The notes: generated by a model from the sequence alone, not told the origin. Shown: positions 28,150 to 37,739, counted from the first letter of the stretch. The stretch is 64,000 nt of DNA from Vulcanimicrobiota bacterium (GCA_050250895.1 JBFWNU010000001.1:1448008-1512007); one strand, 5' to 3'. Program-made: numbers and translations.

Positions 28150-28279
28150 CGTTTCGCTCCTCCTAGTAATCGGTCAGGTCGTCATTCGACCCTGTTTATT
28201 TCGGCGATGTCCAAATAAATTTCGGCTCTTTTCGCACTCTCAGTTTACCGGCGCGGTGTTTCTGTTATGTTGAGTCCAT

Positions 28280-28305
28280 GTTAACAGCGTGTTAACACAG
28301 TTCAC
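28280..28305 (-). promoter_or_regulatory. GTTAAC-N5-GTTAAC (TTAA-N7-TTAA) box upstream of the flgB operon
   Basis: GTTAAC 28280-85, GTTAAC 28291-96, GTTCAC 28300-05; TAAACT -10-like on minus strand at 28247-28242. Confidence 0.7.
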
Positions 28306-28347
28306 CGAAAGTTGCGCTACCCCTTTCGAAATCAGCATTTGCATGAC

Positions 28348-28426
28348 GAGGACCTGTCCGGGCTACGCCCGGACAGGGGAGCGGAGGCGGCGAAGCCGCG
28401 GGGAGGCTTCCCCCGCCCGGTCCCTC
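28348..28426. repeat. multi-hairpin palindromic intergenic element (REP-like or structured RNA)
   Basis: CCTGTCCGGGC/GCCCGGACAGG, GCGGC-gaa-GCCGC, GCGGGGA/TCCCCCGC, outer GAGGACC/GGTCCCTC. Confidence 0.4.
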
Positions 28427-28502
28427 TAGACAAAAGGCAGGAGAATCGGGATAAGGTAGGGGAAGATCCTTTCACACGTCCAGGAAAGTTGGTAGCGCGG
28501 AG

Positions 28503-28958
28503 TTGATGCCTTCAGGACCGGGCGGCCCCACCGGGCCGATTCCCGGCGCGAACATACCCCTAACAGAAGAGTGGTTCAAAGCTCAGAAGAAGCTCATGAA
28601 AGAGGGGGGGATCAAGGAGGCCACCGAGTCCTCGGATGTCTTCACTCCCAGCGAAGCGGCCCAGAAGCTTCCCTCCACCGAAGACGAGCGCTTTCTGGCC
28701 AGCGTCAAGCCCGAGATCTTGTCGCTCGACCCTGACTCCGAGACGTTTCTGGACGAGGCCACCGAGAAGCTGGTTGGCTCGGTGATCGAGCAAGAATACG
28801 GCGAACACATGGCGCGCAACCCGGCCTATCCGCAAATGCAAGAGAAGATTACCCGGACCATCCTCGAGAATCCCCAGTATCGCGAGATGGTGGCCGACTT
28901 TCTCGACATCATGCTCATGACGGCCCCTCAGGCCGAAGAAGCTCCGTCCCAGGAATAG
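28503..28958 (+). CDS. hypothetical helical protein, divergent from flgB
   Basis: 151-aa ORF with typical codon usage; Pro/Gly-rich N-terminus and acidic helical C-terminus. Confidence 0.75.
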   Translation: MMPSGPGGPTGPIPGANIPLTEEWFKAQKKLMKEGGIKEATESSDVFTPSEAAQKLPSTEDERFLASVKPEILSLDPDSETFLDEATEKLVGSVIEQEYGEHMARNPAYPQMQEKITRTILENPQYREMVADFLDIMLMTAPQAEEAPSQE

Positions 28959-28985
28959 TCTGGGCCGGTTGCGAACCGGCGGCGA

Positions 28986-30056
28986 ATGAGCAACCTGACT
29001 GTTGAAGCCGTCCACGAGGCCCTTAAGGGGGTCGCACATCCCGATGTTCCTTTCTCTATCGAGGAACTCAAGATGGTCAAGAATGTGGTCGTCGATGGCA
29101 ACCTGGTGCGTCTGACCGTCGAGCATCTGACCCACGACCGTTTCCACCGTGACGCTCTCGAAGCCGCGATCAAGGCGGCTGTGAGGGCCACGGTCGAGGT
29201 GGACCACCAATTTCGTCAGCGCTCGACCCAGCCTGCTCTGGGAGGTGGACCGCTCAGTCAGGTCAAGAACATCCTGGCCGTGGCCAGCGGCAAAGGCGGG
29301 GTAGGCAAATCGACGGTGGCTACCAATGTGGCGGCGGCGCTGGCCAGGCAAGGTGCCAAGGTGGGGTTGCTCGATGCCGATGTTTACGGTCCGAGCGTGC
29401 CGGCCTTGCTGGGAATCGATCGTTCCAGTCTAAGGGTCGAGGACAAGCGGATCCTTCCGGTGGAGAAGTTTGGCCTCGAGGTCATGTCGATGGGGCTCTT
29501 GATGAAGCCGGGCGACTCGGTCATCTGGCGCGGCCCGATGCTACACGGCATGATGAACCAGTTTTGCCGCGATGTGGCCTGGTCCGAACTCGACTACCTG
29601 GTCATCGACCTGCCTCCGGGCACCGGCGATGTCTCCTTGTCGCTGTCACAGCTGATTCCGATTGGCGGGGCTGTGATCGTGTCCACGCCTCAGGATGTGG
29701 CTCTGGGCGTGGCCACCAAAGCCGTCAACATGTTCGAGAAATTGAACGTGCCGGTGATTGGACTAATCGAGAACATGAGCTTCTATTGCTGCCCCAACTG
29801 TAACCATCGCGACGAGCTATTCGGTCACGGTGGGGCTCAGAAGGCGGCCAACGAACGGGGGTTGCCGTTCCTGGGCGAGGTGCCCCTCAACGGGTTGATT
29901 CGTCAAGCCGGTGATGCGGGTGAGCCGGTGGTGCTGGCCCACCCCGATTCGGCGCCGGCCAAAGCTCTGGCCGAGGTCGCCCGGCGCGCCGCGGCCCTGT
30001 TGGCGGTCGCCTCGGAGCTGGGGCACGAGGCTATTCTTTCACCTGCTCGAGCATAG
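28986..30056 (+). CDS. mrp: Mrp/ApbC (NBP35) Fe-S carrier ATPase
   Basis: VASGKGGVGKST, DADVYGPS, WRGPM, DLPPGTGD, ENMS..CPNC. Confidence 0.93.
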   Translation: MSNLTVEAVHEALKGVAHPDVPFSIEELKMVKNVVVDGNLVRLTVEHLTHDRFHRDALEAAIKAAVRATVEVDHQFRQRSTQPALGGGPLSQVKNILAVASGKGGVGKSTVATNVAAALARQGAKVGLLDADVYGPSVPALLGIDRSSLRVEDKRILPVEKFGLEVMSMGLLMKPGDSVIWRGPMLHGMMNQFCRDVAWSELDYLVIDLPPGTGDVSLSLSQLIPIGGAVIVSTPQDVALGVATKAVNMFEKLNVPVIGLIENMSFYCCPNCNHRDELFGHGGAQKAANERGLPFLGEVPLNGLIRQAGDAGEPVVLAHPDSAPAKALAEVARRAAALLAVASELGHEAILSPARA

Positions 30057-31164
30057 GCTGGCCGTACATCCCGAGCCGCCAGGGCTCCATCCCGTCGACC
30101 TTCTTGAGCTGATCGAGATTGGCGGGCAGTTGGCGAGCCACGGCTTTGAGTAGCCGGTTGGTGGCCACCCGGTCGGGTTCGACGCCCCGCTGCTCGCTCT
30201 CTTCATTGCGCCAGCTGCGAAGCCGGTTATAGGCTCGCTGTTGGCGGGGCGTGAGGTCTTCCTTGCGGCCTTTCTTGCGCAGGGGCAAGTCGATGACGCC
30301 GGCGTCGAGCCCGATATTGATGGCGTCGAGCAGTTCGTCAGTGTAGCGGCGGGCGCTGCCGTGACGGGCCCAGGCCAGCAGTTTGTCGCGATTGCGGGGA
30401 GCTTTGCGAGCCAGGCCAAAGAGAAAGTGGTCGGGGGCGACCCGAAAACTGGCCTCGTCGAGTTCTTGGGCCTTCTGTTCGCGCCAGAGGTAGAGCTCGC
30501 GCAGTACGGCTCGCCGGTCGGCGGCCAGTTCTCTCACCCCTTTGAGCTTGGCCCAACTGTCGGGGTCGAATTCCTTTTCCCGCATCTCCGCATGCACGAT
30601 GCGTTCGCATTCGCTACGCGCCTCTTCCAGGCGATCTTCGTCGGCCAGGCGCTCAAGCAAGATTTCCCGTAACTCGGGCAGGTGACGGGTGTCCAGCCGG
30701 GCGTACTCGGCCTGATCGGGGGGCAGGGGCCGCACCCGCCAGTCAGCCCTTTGAAATCGCTTGTCCAGTTCGACCTCGAAAAACTCCGAGAGCAGGCCAG
30801 CCAGGCTGGCGGTCGGCAGGGCCAGGATGCGAGCGGCCAGGTGCGTGTCGAAGACGTTGACGAACTCAAGACCGCAGAACTTCTTGAAATAGGGGATGTC
30901 GTTTTCGCCGGCGTGAAAGACCTTGACTTGCTCGGCGTTGGCGGTGGCTTGATTGAGCACCGACAGGTCGAGGCCGACCAGGGGGTCGACCAGCCAATCC
31001 GCCTCGACCGTCGAGATCTGCACCAGACATAGTTTGGTGTAGTAACTATAGTAAGAATCCATCTCGGCGTCGAAAGCGATCACAGGTTGCCCCTCGAGAT
31101 GGCTGCACAGCTTTTGGAGGCTCTTGTCATTATCGACCAGCGGGGGGCACTTGCGGGCTGTCAT
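30031..31164 (-). CDS. rnd: ribonuclease D (3'-5' exonuclease plus HRDC domains)
   Basis: IAFDAE, LCLVQIS, FDTHLAA, DWRVRPL, YARLD, two HRDC-like C-terminal domains; start ATG 31164. Confidence 0.9.
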   Translation of the reverse strand: MTARKCPPLVDNDKSLQKLCSHLEGQPVIAFDAEMDSYYSYYTKLCLVQISTVEADWLVDPLVGLDLSVLNQATANAEQVKVFHAGENDIPYFKKFCGLEFVNVFDTHLAARILALPTASLAGLLSEFFEVELDKRFQRADWRVRPLPPDQAEYARLDTRHLPELREILLERLADEDRLEEARSECERIVHAEMREKEFDPDSWAKLKGVRELAADRRAVLRELYLWREQKAQELDEASFRVAPDHFLFGLARKAPRNRDKLLAWARHGSARRYTDELLDAINIGLDAGVIDLPLRKKGRKEDLTPRQQRAYNRLRSWRNEESEQRGVEPDRVATNRLLKAVARQLPANLDQLKKVDGMEPWRLGMYGQPMLEQVKE

Positions 31165-31186
31165 CAAGCCTTCTTCCTGGCTCGTG

Positions 31187-31214
31187 TTGACAACCCTCCG
31201 CGGTTTGCTATAAT
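31187..31214 (+). promoter_or_regulatory. consensus sigma70 promoter of tRNA-Leu
   Basis: TTGACA-N16-TATAAT with extended TG. Confidence 0.85.
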
Positions 31215-31279
31215 GCTCGGGAGCTAATTCGAAGTAGCCCAACAACGGCCCCCAGCCGACCCTCGGGCACAAACCTCAT

Positions 31280-31366
31280 GCGGAGGTGGCGGAATTGGCA
31301 GACGCGCACGGTTGAGGGCCGTGTGGGAGTAATCCCATGGGGGTTCGAGTCCCCCCCTCCGCACCA
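31280..31366 (+). tRNA. tRNA-Leu (anticodon GAG)
   Basis: Acceptor GCGGAGG/CCTCCGC+ACCA, D-loop GGAATTGGCAGAC, anticodon stem CACGG-TTGAGGG-CCGTG, long variable arm, GTTCGAG T-loop. Confidence 0.97.
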
Positions 31367-31442
31367 GCTCTCCCCCCTCTCTTGTCCAAATGGGACGATC
31401 GACCCAAGGAAATTTTCCGTTTCGCACAAATCCTCTGAATAG

Positions 31443-32102
31443 ATGAATGACAAAGACGTCTGTCCGGTCAATGGTGAGACCCGGGCCGAAGAGTACGTAA
31501 GCGCTCTCACCCACGGTCTTGGACTCGTCCTGAGCGTCATTGGAATCGCCGTCATCCTGGTGGTCTGTTGGCGTCGGGGGGGACCCCTGCATCTGACCGC
31601 GCACAGCGTTTACGGGCTGGGCTTGGTCCTTTGCTATCTTAGCTCGACTCTTTATCACGCTTGTACGAACGTGGAGTGGAAGCATCGTTTGCGGGTGCTG
31701 GACCACGCCGCCATTTTCGTCGTGATTGCCGCCACCTATACTCCTTTCATGATGATCTCGCTGGGCAATCGGCTGGGCTACAGTGTGTTGGGGATCGTCT
31801 GGGTGATGGCGGCGCTGGGAGTGCTGTTCAAGTTCTACTCCAAGAGCGCTTACAGCGGGGTCACCGTGCTGGCCTATCTGGCGATGGGCTGGATGGTGCT
31901 GGTGGTCGCCGGACCGCTGGCGGCGAGTTTGCCAGGCCAGGGGATGGCCTGGCTGGTATCCGGGGGCGTCGCCTACACGGCCGGAATCGGTTTTTATGCC
32001 TGGACGGCCCTGCCATTTAATCACGCCATCTGGCATCTTTTCGTGATGGCGGGCAGCATCTGCCACTATTTCTCTCTGCTTTTCTCGGTGGCTCCCTGGT
32101 AG
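31443..32102 (+). CDS. hemolysin III / PAQR family membrane protein (TrhA-like)
   Basis: EEYVSALTHG, SSTLYH, LDHAAIF..IAATYTP, HAIWHLFV. Confidence 0.93.
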   Translation: MNDKDVCPVNGETRAEEYVSALTHGLGLVLSVIGIAVILVVCWRRGGPLHLTAHSVYGLGLVLCYLSSTLYHACTNVEWKHRLRVLDHAAIFVVIAATYTPFMMISLGNRLGYSVLGIVWVMAALGVLFKFYSKSAYSGVTVLAYLAMGWMVLVVAGPLAASLPGQGMAWLVSGGVAYTAGIGFYAWTALPFNHAIWHLFVMAGSICHYFSLLFSVAPW

Positions 32103-32232
32103 TTTTCAGAGATCTTTTGGGCTGGCTCGGTATGGTGTGGGTGGAGGTTGGAGCAGATGCACGCACACGAAACCACGGACCTGGTAGAACTTTCCGAAGA
32201 GGCTCTCGAAGAAGAGCCCTGGGTCGAGGCGA

Positions 32233-33051
32233 TTACACTGGACTGGCTGTCCTGACCTCGGGGGGCAACCACGACCCCATCCGGCGGGTCCACTCGTCGA
32301 CGGCCCGCACCAGGCGCGGCTGTCTCCCCGACTGATAACTGAACCCGAATTTTAGATAAGAACCCGCATAGGCCAACAGTGTGAGCGGGTTCGGGTGCAG
32401 CCGAAAGGCGCGCCAGGCCGAAGGCGAGAGTTTGACCAGGGTGTTCACCACCAATCTCAGGGAGGGACAGACCAGAGTTCGTCCCTCCTGACGGTCCTCG
32501 GCCAGATCGACCAATTTGTCCCCTACGTTTCCAATCTCTCCGGTGCGAGTGAGAAATTCCTTGAGGGCGAGCGGCAGTTCAGGCAGCAGGACCAGTAGCA
32601 ATCTGATGGTGTGCCCGGCTTCTTCAAGAGCCCGGTTGATGTAGCCCGACGGATCTTCTTCGAGGCGCAGCCTTTCACCCATTTCCATGAGCGCTTCGAC
32701 CGAACTCGCGAACGCTTCGCTCGCCCGCCGCCGCCGGGCCACCCGGCCGATAGCTTCGAGAGTGGATCTAAACTCTGGTTTACGCTGGGAAAACCCATCG
32801 GCCTGGCCGTGGCGAAGATAGTCCACGATGAGTCGACCTGTTTGTTGGCGAGCGGATAGCTCGGTCTGGCTGTCGATGGCGTCGTCCATGTGGTCCATGG
32901 CCAGGGCCAGGATATAGGCATCGAGAGCCTCGGTGAGAGTGAGGGGATAGCCGAAGTCGGCGGCCAGAGCAGGCAGGTCCAGAGCCAGCTTGGAATACTC
33001 GGCGCGCATCTCGACGTCGGGGATGAAATGGCTCACCCAGGGCGATTCCAC
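32233..33051 (-). CDS. class I isoprenoid synthase-fold protein (putative)
   Basis: MDDAID (DDxxD) and NVGDKLVDLAEDRQEGR second Asp-rich motif; all-helical. Confidence 0.55.
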   Translation of the reverse strand: MESPWVSHFIPDVEMRAEYSKLALDLPALAADFGYPLTLTEALDAYILALAMDHMDDAIDSQTELSARQQTGRLIVDYLRHGQADGFSQRKPEFRSTLEAIGRVARRRRASEAFASSVEALMEMGERLRLEEDPSGYINRALEEAGHTIRLLLVLLPELPLALKEFLTRTGEIGNVGDKLVDLAEDRQEGRTLVCPSLRLVVNTLVKLSPSAWRAFRLHPNPLTLLAYAGSYLKFGFSYQSGRQPRLVRAVDEWTRRMGSWLPPEVRTASPV

Positions 33052-33109
33052 ATCTCCGGATGAGTGCCTCTTCAGAGGAACCTCTCGCTAGCTTCCGGAA
33101 CTGATAGGG

Positions 33110-33856
33110 ATGTTCAAAGCCTTGCTAGCCGGCCTTCGTGCTCTGGTGGAAGGCCGGGGGGACCAGGACTGGGACTTTCTCGAGCGTCGCGAGCTGATTC
33201 GTATCCGCTGTCATTATGACGTCGAGTTTCAGGTCAAAGGCAAGAAGCACAAGGGCTCGGTCGTGGATATGGGCATGCAGGGAATGAAACTGCGCTGTTT
33301 TGCTCCGCTCAAGAAGGGTGAAGAAGTCAGCGTAACTTATCCCATCGAGATTCTCGACGCCGCTCATCAGACCATCCGCTGCAAGGTACTGTGGGTGCGC
33401 AAACGCGACCGGGACTTCGTGACCTTCGCAGGGCTGGGCTACAACGAAGACGATCAGGTCATGAGTAAGTCATGGGTCAAGAGCTTGCTCAAGCAGCTCG
33501 GCTTCGGCAACAACCGCATTTTTCAAAAGCGTAAGGCCGTGCGCGCCGAGTGCTTCATCCCGGTCGAGGCGGTCTATGGCCACGGCAAGGTCAGCGAAGG
33601 ACGGATCTACAACCTGGGAGTCGGGGGCGCCCTGGTCGAGGCGCCCAAAGACTTTGGTCAGGGGAACATGGTCGAGTTGCGGATTGGCCCCTTCGAAGAA
33701 CTCGAGCAGTTCAGCATCACCGGCACCGTGATCGTGTCGCGCCGACAGGGTGGTCTCTATCTGCAGGGTGTTCAGTTTGGCGAACTCAAAGAGCGAACCG
33801 TCCATGGGCTGGGTCGTTATCTGATTCACCTGCTCAACAACCACTGGTGCGATTGA
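33110..33856 (+). CDS. tandem PilZ-domain protein
   Basis: RRELIR..DMGMQG and KRKAVR..NLGVGG (RxxxR and D/NxxxxG motifs twice). Confidence 0.8.
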   Translation: MFKALLAGLRALVEGRGDQDWDFLERRELIRIRCHYDVEFQVKGKKHKGSVVDMGMQGMKLRCFAPLKKGEEVSVTYPIEILDAAHQTIRCKVLWVRKRDRDFVTFAGLGYNEDDQVMSKSWVKSLLKQLGFGNNRIFQKRKAVRAECFIPVEAVYGHGKVSEGRIYNLGVGGALVEAPKDFGQGNMVELRIGPFEELEQFSITGTVIVSRRQGGLYLQGVQFGELKERTVHGLGRYLIHLLNNHWCD

Positions 33857-34032
33857 CCACCGAGCACTTTTTCGTCTGCCCCCACTGCTGGCAGCGTATC
33901 TCGATGGTGCTCGATCTCGGTCAATCACAAAGCTACGTCGAGGATTGTGAGGTTTGCTGCAATCCGCTGCAGATCACCTATCGGGCCTACGAGGGCGTGC
34001 TCGAGGAATTTTCGGCCGACCCTGCTCAGTGA
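33853..34032 (+). CDS. CPXCG-motif cysteine-rich protein
   Basis: CPHCW..YVEDCEVCCNP; TTG start overlaps the upstream stop. Confidence 0.85.
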   Translation: MTTEHFFVCPHCWQRISMVLDLGQSQSYVEDCEVCCNPLQITYRAYEGVLEEFSADPAQ

Positions 34033-34116
34033 GTATCCGCTGGGATAGCCGCCCTTTACTCCAGGCGCGTCGTGATCTCACAGGGTCGCACCGCTAGGTT
34101 AGGAGTGGAGGCTGCG

Positions 34117-34605
34117 ATGCGAATTCTTGAGAAGCTTGACGAGAAGTGCTTGAAACGTCTCGGCGACGAGGCCAACACCAGTGCCAGGCTGGCTGCGCGG
34201 GTGGCCGAATTGGCTGTGCCGATGATGCTGGGTGCGGCCAGGGCCCACCGCGAGTTGCCCCGCCTGGTGGATATGGTCACTCGCGAGTATGGGCAGTTGC
34301 GCTCTAATCTGGCCGGTTACTTCAGCAGCGGCTGGGCCCACTTCAGCAACCGTCAACACGGACCTGACCTCGGCCTGGTGGGCATGCTGTTCGGAAACCA
34401 CGGGGCTCAGGCGGCCGAGTTGGTGGCGGCCCAAACCGGACTGGCCCCCGTCCAGGTGATGCGGATGATGGGACTGCTGGCTCCGGTCGTCATCAGTCAC
34501 CTCGAGGTGGAAGCTCCCGATGAGGACTCACCTCTAGCCCGCGCTGCCGGAGAGCTGGTTGCCCATGGTAACGCCCGGCCCCTGGAAGAAGCCCTTTCTA
34601 CTTAG
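34117..34605 (+). CDS. DUF937-like hypothetical protein
   Basis: AVPMMLGA, LVGMLFG, QTGL..MMGLLAPVVI pattern; RBS GGAGG. Confidence 0.5.
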   Translation: MRILEKLDEKCLKRLGDEANTSARLAARVAELAVPMMLGAARAHRELPRLVDMVTREYGQLRSNLAGYFSSGWAHFSNRQHGPDLGLVGMLFGNHGAQAAELVAAQTGLAPVQVMRMMGLLAPVVISHLEVEAPDEDSPLARAAGELVAHGNARPLEEALST

Positions 34606-34686
34606 CCTGGACGTTCTGGCTCCGGACCGGAGCCAGACGGGTAGGGCCTGAAGGCGAGCGCGGGATTTTGTAAAACCTTACCGTTA

Positions 34687-36549
34687 ATGCTGGCTGCCGG
34701 CGCGGTGCTCGAGGACCGCTATCAAATCGAGAGAAAACTGGGGGAGGGCGGGATGGGCTGCGTCTATCTGGCCACTCATCTGCGTCTCAAGAAGCAGTTT
34801 GCGGTCAAGTCGCTGCTGGTGCTCTCCGACGACCCTGTCGAGCAGCGCCAGTATCTCGAGCAGTTCGAGGCCGAAGCCCAGATGCTGGCCAGCCTCGAGC
34901 ACCCCTCCTTGGCCGGGGTTAGCGATTTCTTCGAAGCCGACGGGGTCCATTATCTGGTGATGGAGTTCATCGACGGCAAGACCCTTACCAAAGTGGTGGA
35001 GCTGGCGCCCAAGAACATTTCTCAGCGCCGGGTCTTGCAATGGACCAACGAGCTGCTCGATGTGCTCGAGTATCTGCACGGCAGCAATCCTCCTGTGATC
35101 GTGCGCGATCTCAAACCCGACAACATCATGCTCAATCGCGACGGCAACCTCAAGCTGATCGACTTCGGTATCGCCAAGCAGTTGAGCCCGGGCAAGCAGA
35201 CCCGGGCTATCGTCAAGGGAATGGGTACAGCCGAGTATGCTCCCCTCGAGCAGTATGGCCAGGGCTCTACCGACCAGCGCTCGGACATCTACGCCCTGGG
35301 GGCCACTCTCTACTTTTTGCTCACCGGCCAGCCGCCTCCGCCCGCCTGGAAGCGAGCCAGCGAGGGGGTAGCCGTGCCCGACCCGCGACCCCTCAACCCC
35401 ACCGTGACCGATGTGTTCTGGCGGGCCCTGCAGGCCATGCTCGAACTTTCTCGCGACAATCGGCCTGCCAATGTGCAAGCGGTGCGGGCTTTGTTGGCCG
35501 GTCACGGCATCGCCAGAACTCCGCCTCCACCGCAGCCGACCAGCAGCTACGGTTTGCCGGCCTCGCAGCTCGCCCAGCCCAAGACCAAGGTCGAGCCGGT
35601 GGTGCGGGTCAACTCCAAGACCCTCAATCTTCGTTTGACCAGTGGCGAAAAGCTGCAGCGCTATGCCGCTCCCATCCACAGCCTGGCCTTCTCGCCCACT
35701 CACGGGGTGTTGGCGGTGGGCTCCACCTTCGTCCACCTCTGGGATCTGGCCAGCCGCAAGTTGTGGCAGAAAGTGTGGAGGGGCACCGGCTCGTACAATT
35801 GCACGGTGGCCTTTTCGTCCGACGGCCGCTGGTTGGCGGTCGGGTCCCACGACGCCACCGTGCGCATCTTCGAGGTTCGCACCGGCAAGATGCTACGGAC
35901 CCTGGCTTTGCGCAAGGTCGCCTTTATCACCGATAAGGTGCGTGATGTGGGCTTCGCCTACGGTTCCAGGCTGGTGGGGGCAGTGTCGGACCTTTCCAAT
36001 CTCAGGGTCTGGGATTCAACCAACGGTCGCGAGCGCTATCAGAAGGCCTGGCACACTACCGGGCTCTTGTCGCATTTTCAGGCCAAGTCGACCTCGCTAG
36101 CGTTCTCTTCGGCCAATCACCTGGGCGTGGGGGGATCCGACGGCACCATCACTTTGTACGAGGCCAGCTCAGGCGAGCGCCTCGAACGCATCGAGGGTCA
36201 TAGCGACGAGGTCTCGGCCCTGGCTTTTTCCAAGGACGGCACCTTTCTGGCCAGCTCGTCGATGGATGGCTCGGCGGCTCTTTGGAAGATCCCCGAATTG
36301 ACCGAGTTGCGTCGCTTTTCACACCCTTCGATCGTCTATTCGGTCTGCTTTTCCCACGACGGGCGGTTGTTGGCTACCGGCGCCGGCGATTGCGCCATCC
36401 GTCTTTGGGACGTGGCCCTGGGCACCGAAGTGCACCAGATTCGTGAGCACACGGGGGCGGTCTTTGCGGTGGCCTTTTCCTCGGTGCGAGGCTTTTTGGC
36501 CAGCGGCTCCAACGATCGCACCGTGCGACTGTGGAATCTCAGTTGGTAA
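34687..36549 (+). CDS. Ser/Thr protein kinase with WD40 repeats
   Basis: GEGGMGCVY, AVK, VRDLKPDN, DFG, APLEQ; C-terminal GH..WD/WN repeats. Confidence 0.95.
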   Translation: MLAAGAVLEDRYQIERKLGEGGMGCVYLATHLRLKKQFAVKSLLVLSDDPVEQRQYLEQFEAEAQMLASLEHPSLAGVSDFFEADGVHYLVMEFIDGKTLTKVVELAPKNISQRRVLQWTNELLDVLEYLHGSNPPVIVRDLKPDNIMLNRDGNLKLIDFGIAKQLSPGKQTRAIVKGMGTAEYAPLEQYGQGSTDQRSDIYALGATLYFLLTGQPPPPAWKRASEGVAVPDPRPLNPTVTDVFWRALQAMLELSRDNRPANVQAVRALLAGHGIARTPPPPQPTSSYGLPASQLAQPKTKVEPVVRVNSKTLNLRLTSGEKLQRYAAPIHSLAFSPTHGVLAVGSTFVHLWDLASRKLWQKVWRGTGSYNCTVAFSSDGRWLAVGSHDATVRIFEVRTGKMLRTLALRKVAFITDKVRDVGFAYGSRLVGAVSDLSNLRVWDSTNGRERYQKAWHTTGLLSHFQAKSTSLAFSSANHLGVGGSDGTITLYEASSGERLERIEGHSDEVSALAFSKDGTFLASSSMDGSAALWKIPELTELRRFSHPSIVYSVCFSHDGRLLATGAGDCAIRLWDVALGTEVHQIREHTGAVFAVAFSSVRGFLASGSNDRTVRLWNLSW

Positions 36550-37681
36550 GCAGTCGCTCGCCCTGCAAGTAACAGCGCTTGGCTCCGGACGGGTCGAACA
36601 CGTAGACGCCGTCGCGCGAACCTATCGAGGTGCAGACGAGTTCGGGGTCGCCCTCCATGAGCAGAAAGCTATCCTGGTTGAGGCCGACACAGGTCCGGTT
36701 TTGAAAGCGATGGGCCAGATAGCTGAGGTTGTTGGGGTCGTCGGTCTGGATGCGATCCATGCAGTGGGGAAACAGTTGCAGGTGGCGCACCAGCCCGAAG
36801 CCGCGGTCGAAAAGTTGAAACTCGCGACTGGATTCGAAGTCGTTGTAGATGATGATGCGCTCGCACAGCAGCAGCGAGCCGGCCGAAACGCTCAAAAAGG
36901 TGGTGCCCAGGCGCAGGGCCTCCATCAGGGGCTCGCGCAGGCGGAAGAAGTTGAGGCAGCGATGGAGTTCGGCCAGATTGCCGCCGAAAAGAAAGAGCGA
37001 GTTGGCACTCAGGATGCGGTCGGCCAGGTCGCCCCGCAGGCGAAGCCAGGTAGGGTTGTAGTGCAGCCCTGTTCCGTCCACGAATTGCTCGTCGAGCTCT
37101 GAAAGCAGGCGCACCATGCGATCGTCGTTGGCCACCAGGCGGTCGATGGTGTCGCGGATGTCTTCTTCGAGAAAGGTCGAGAGCAGGCGCGAGCCGTCAA
37201 AACGCGCCGGCGAGTGACGCAGGGTGCCGGTAACGTCGGCCATGACGCGGGCCAGGCTGCGGCCGGGATTGCGCTCCTTTAACTCGGCGATGGTACGGCG
37301 AAGCTGGCCAGTGTAGAAATTGTTCTTCTCTAGATAGAGGTCGCGTCCCGACTCGATCAGGGACTCGCGCTCCGCCCAATCGGCGGCCAGGCGCGGTTCC
37401 AGGCGGCAGAATTCGCGATAAGCGTGAAAGGCCGACAGGTTCTCGATATTGCGATCGAAGCCAGCGACGAAACGGGACGGGATACCGATTTCGGTCAACG
37501 CCTTCTTGATGTGCCCCTCGTCGTGCTCACGCTCGCCCCAGGCAGCCGTAATCAGCAAGACCTTGCGAGAGTCGGCTATCCTGGGGTCTTGATGGCGACT
37601 GTCGAGCAGCAGGTCGCGAGCAGCGTAGACATAGTCACGGTCGGCGCGAATGTTACCGTTGAATAGAATGCGACCACGCAT
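36539..37681 (-). CDS. class I glutamine amidotransferase-like / peptidase S51-like protein
   Basis: ITAAW, FGGN, nucleophile elbow SVSAGS, LFPH. Confidence 0.65.
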   Translation of the reverse strand: MRGRILFNGNIRADRDYVYAARDLLLDSRHQDPRIADSRKVLLITAAWGEREHDEGHIKKALTEIGIPSRFVAGFDRNIENLSAFHAYREFCRLEPRLAADWAERESLIESGRDLYLEKNNFYTGQLRRTIAELKERNPGRSLARVMADVTGTLRHSPARFDGSRLLSTFLEEDIRDTIDRLVANDDRMVRLLSELDEQFVDGTGLHYNPTWLRLRGDLADRILSANSLFLFGGNLAELHRCLNFFRLREPLMEALRLGTTFLSVSAGSLLLCERIIIYNDFESSREFQLFDRGFGLVRHLQLFPHCMDRIQTDDPNNLSYLAHRFQNRTCVGLNQDSFLLMEGDPELVCTSIGSRDGVYVFDPSGAKRCYLQGERLLTN

Positions 37682-37692
37682 CTTGGCTTAGC

Positions 37693-37722
37693 AAAAAGAG
37701 CCCGGGGAGTCCCGGGCTCTTT
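37693..37722 (-). terminator. intrinsic terminator after the Bax inhibitor-1 gene
   Basis: AAAGAGCCCGGG-gagt-CCCGGGCTCTTT with U-tract on the minus strand. Confidence 0.75.
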
Positions 37723-37739
37723 CGTCAGGCTCTCTGGAT

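Noticed and set aside
28219-28247. Possible sigma-28 promoter upstream of flgB (TAAA..GCCGAAAT on minus strand)
   Set aside because: The spacer is 17 nt rather than 15-16, the -10 is imperfect, and no fliA is in the window
31280-31366. tRNA-Leu as an island integration site
   Set aside because: No integrase, duplicated tRNA 3' end or compositional shift was noticed nearby
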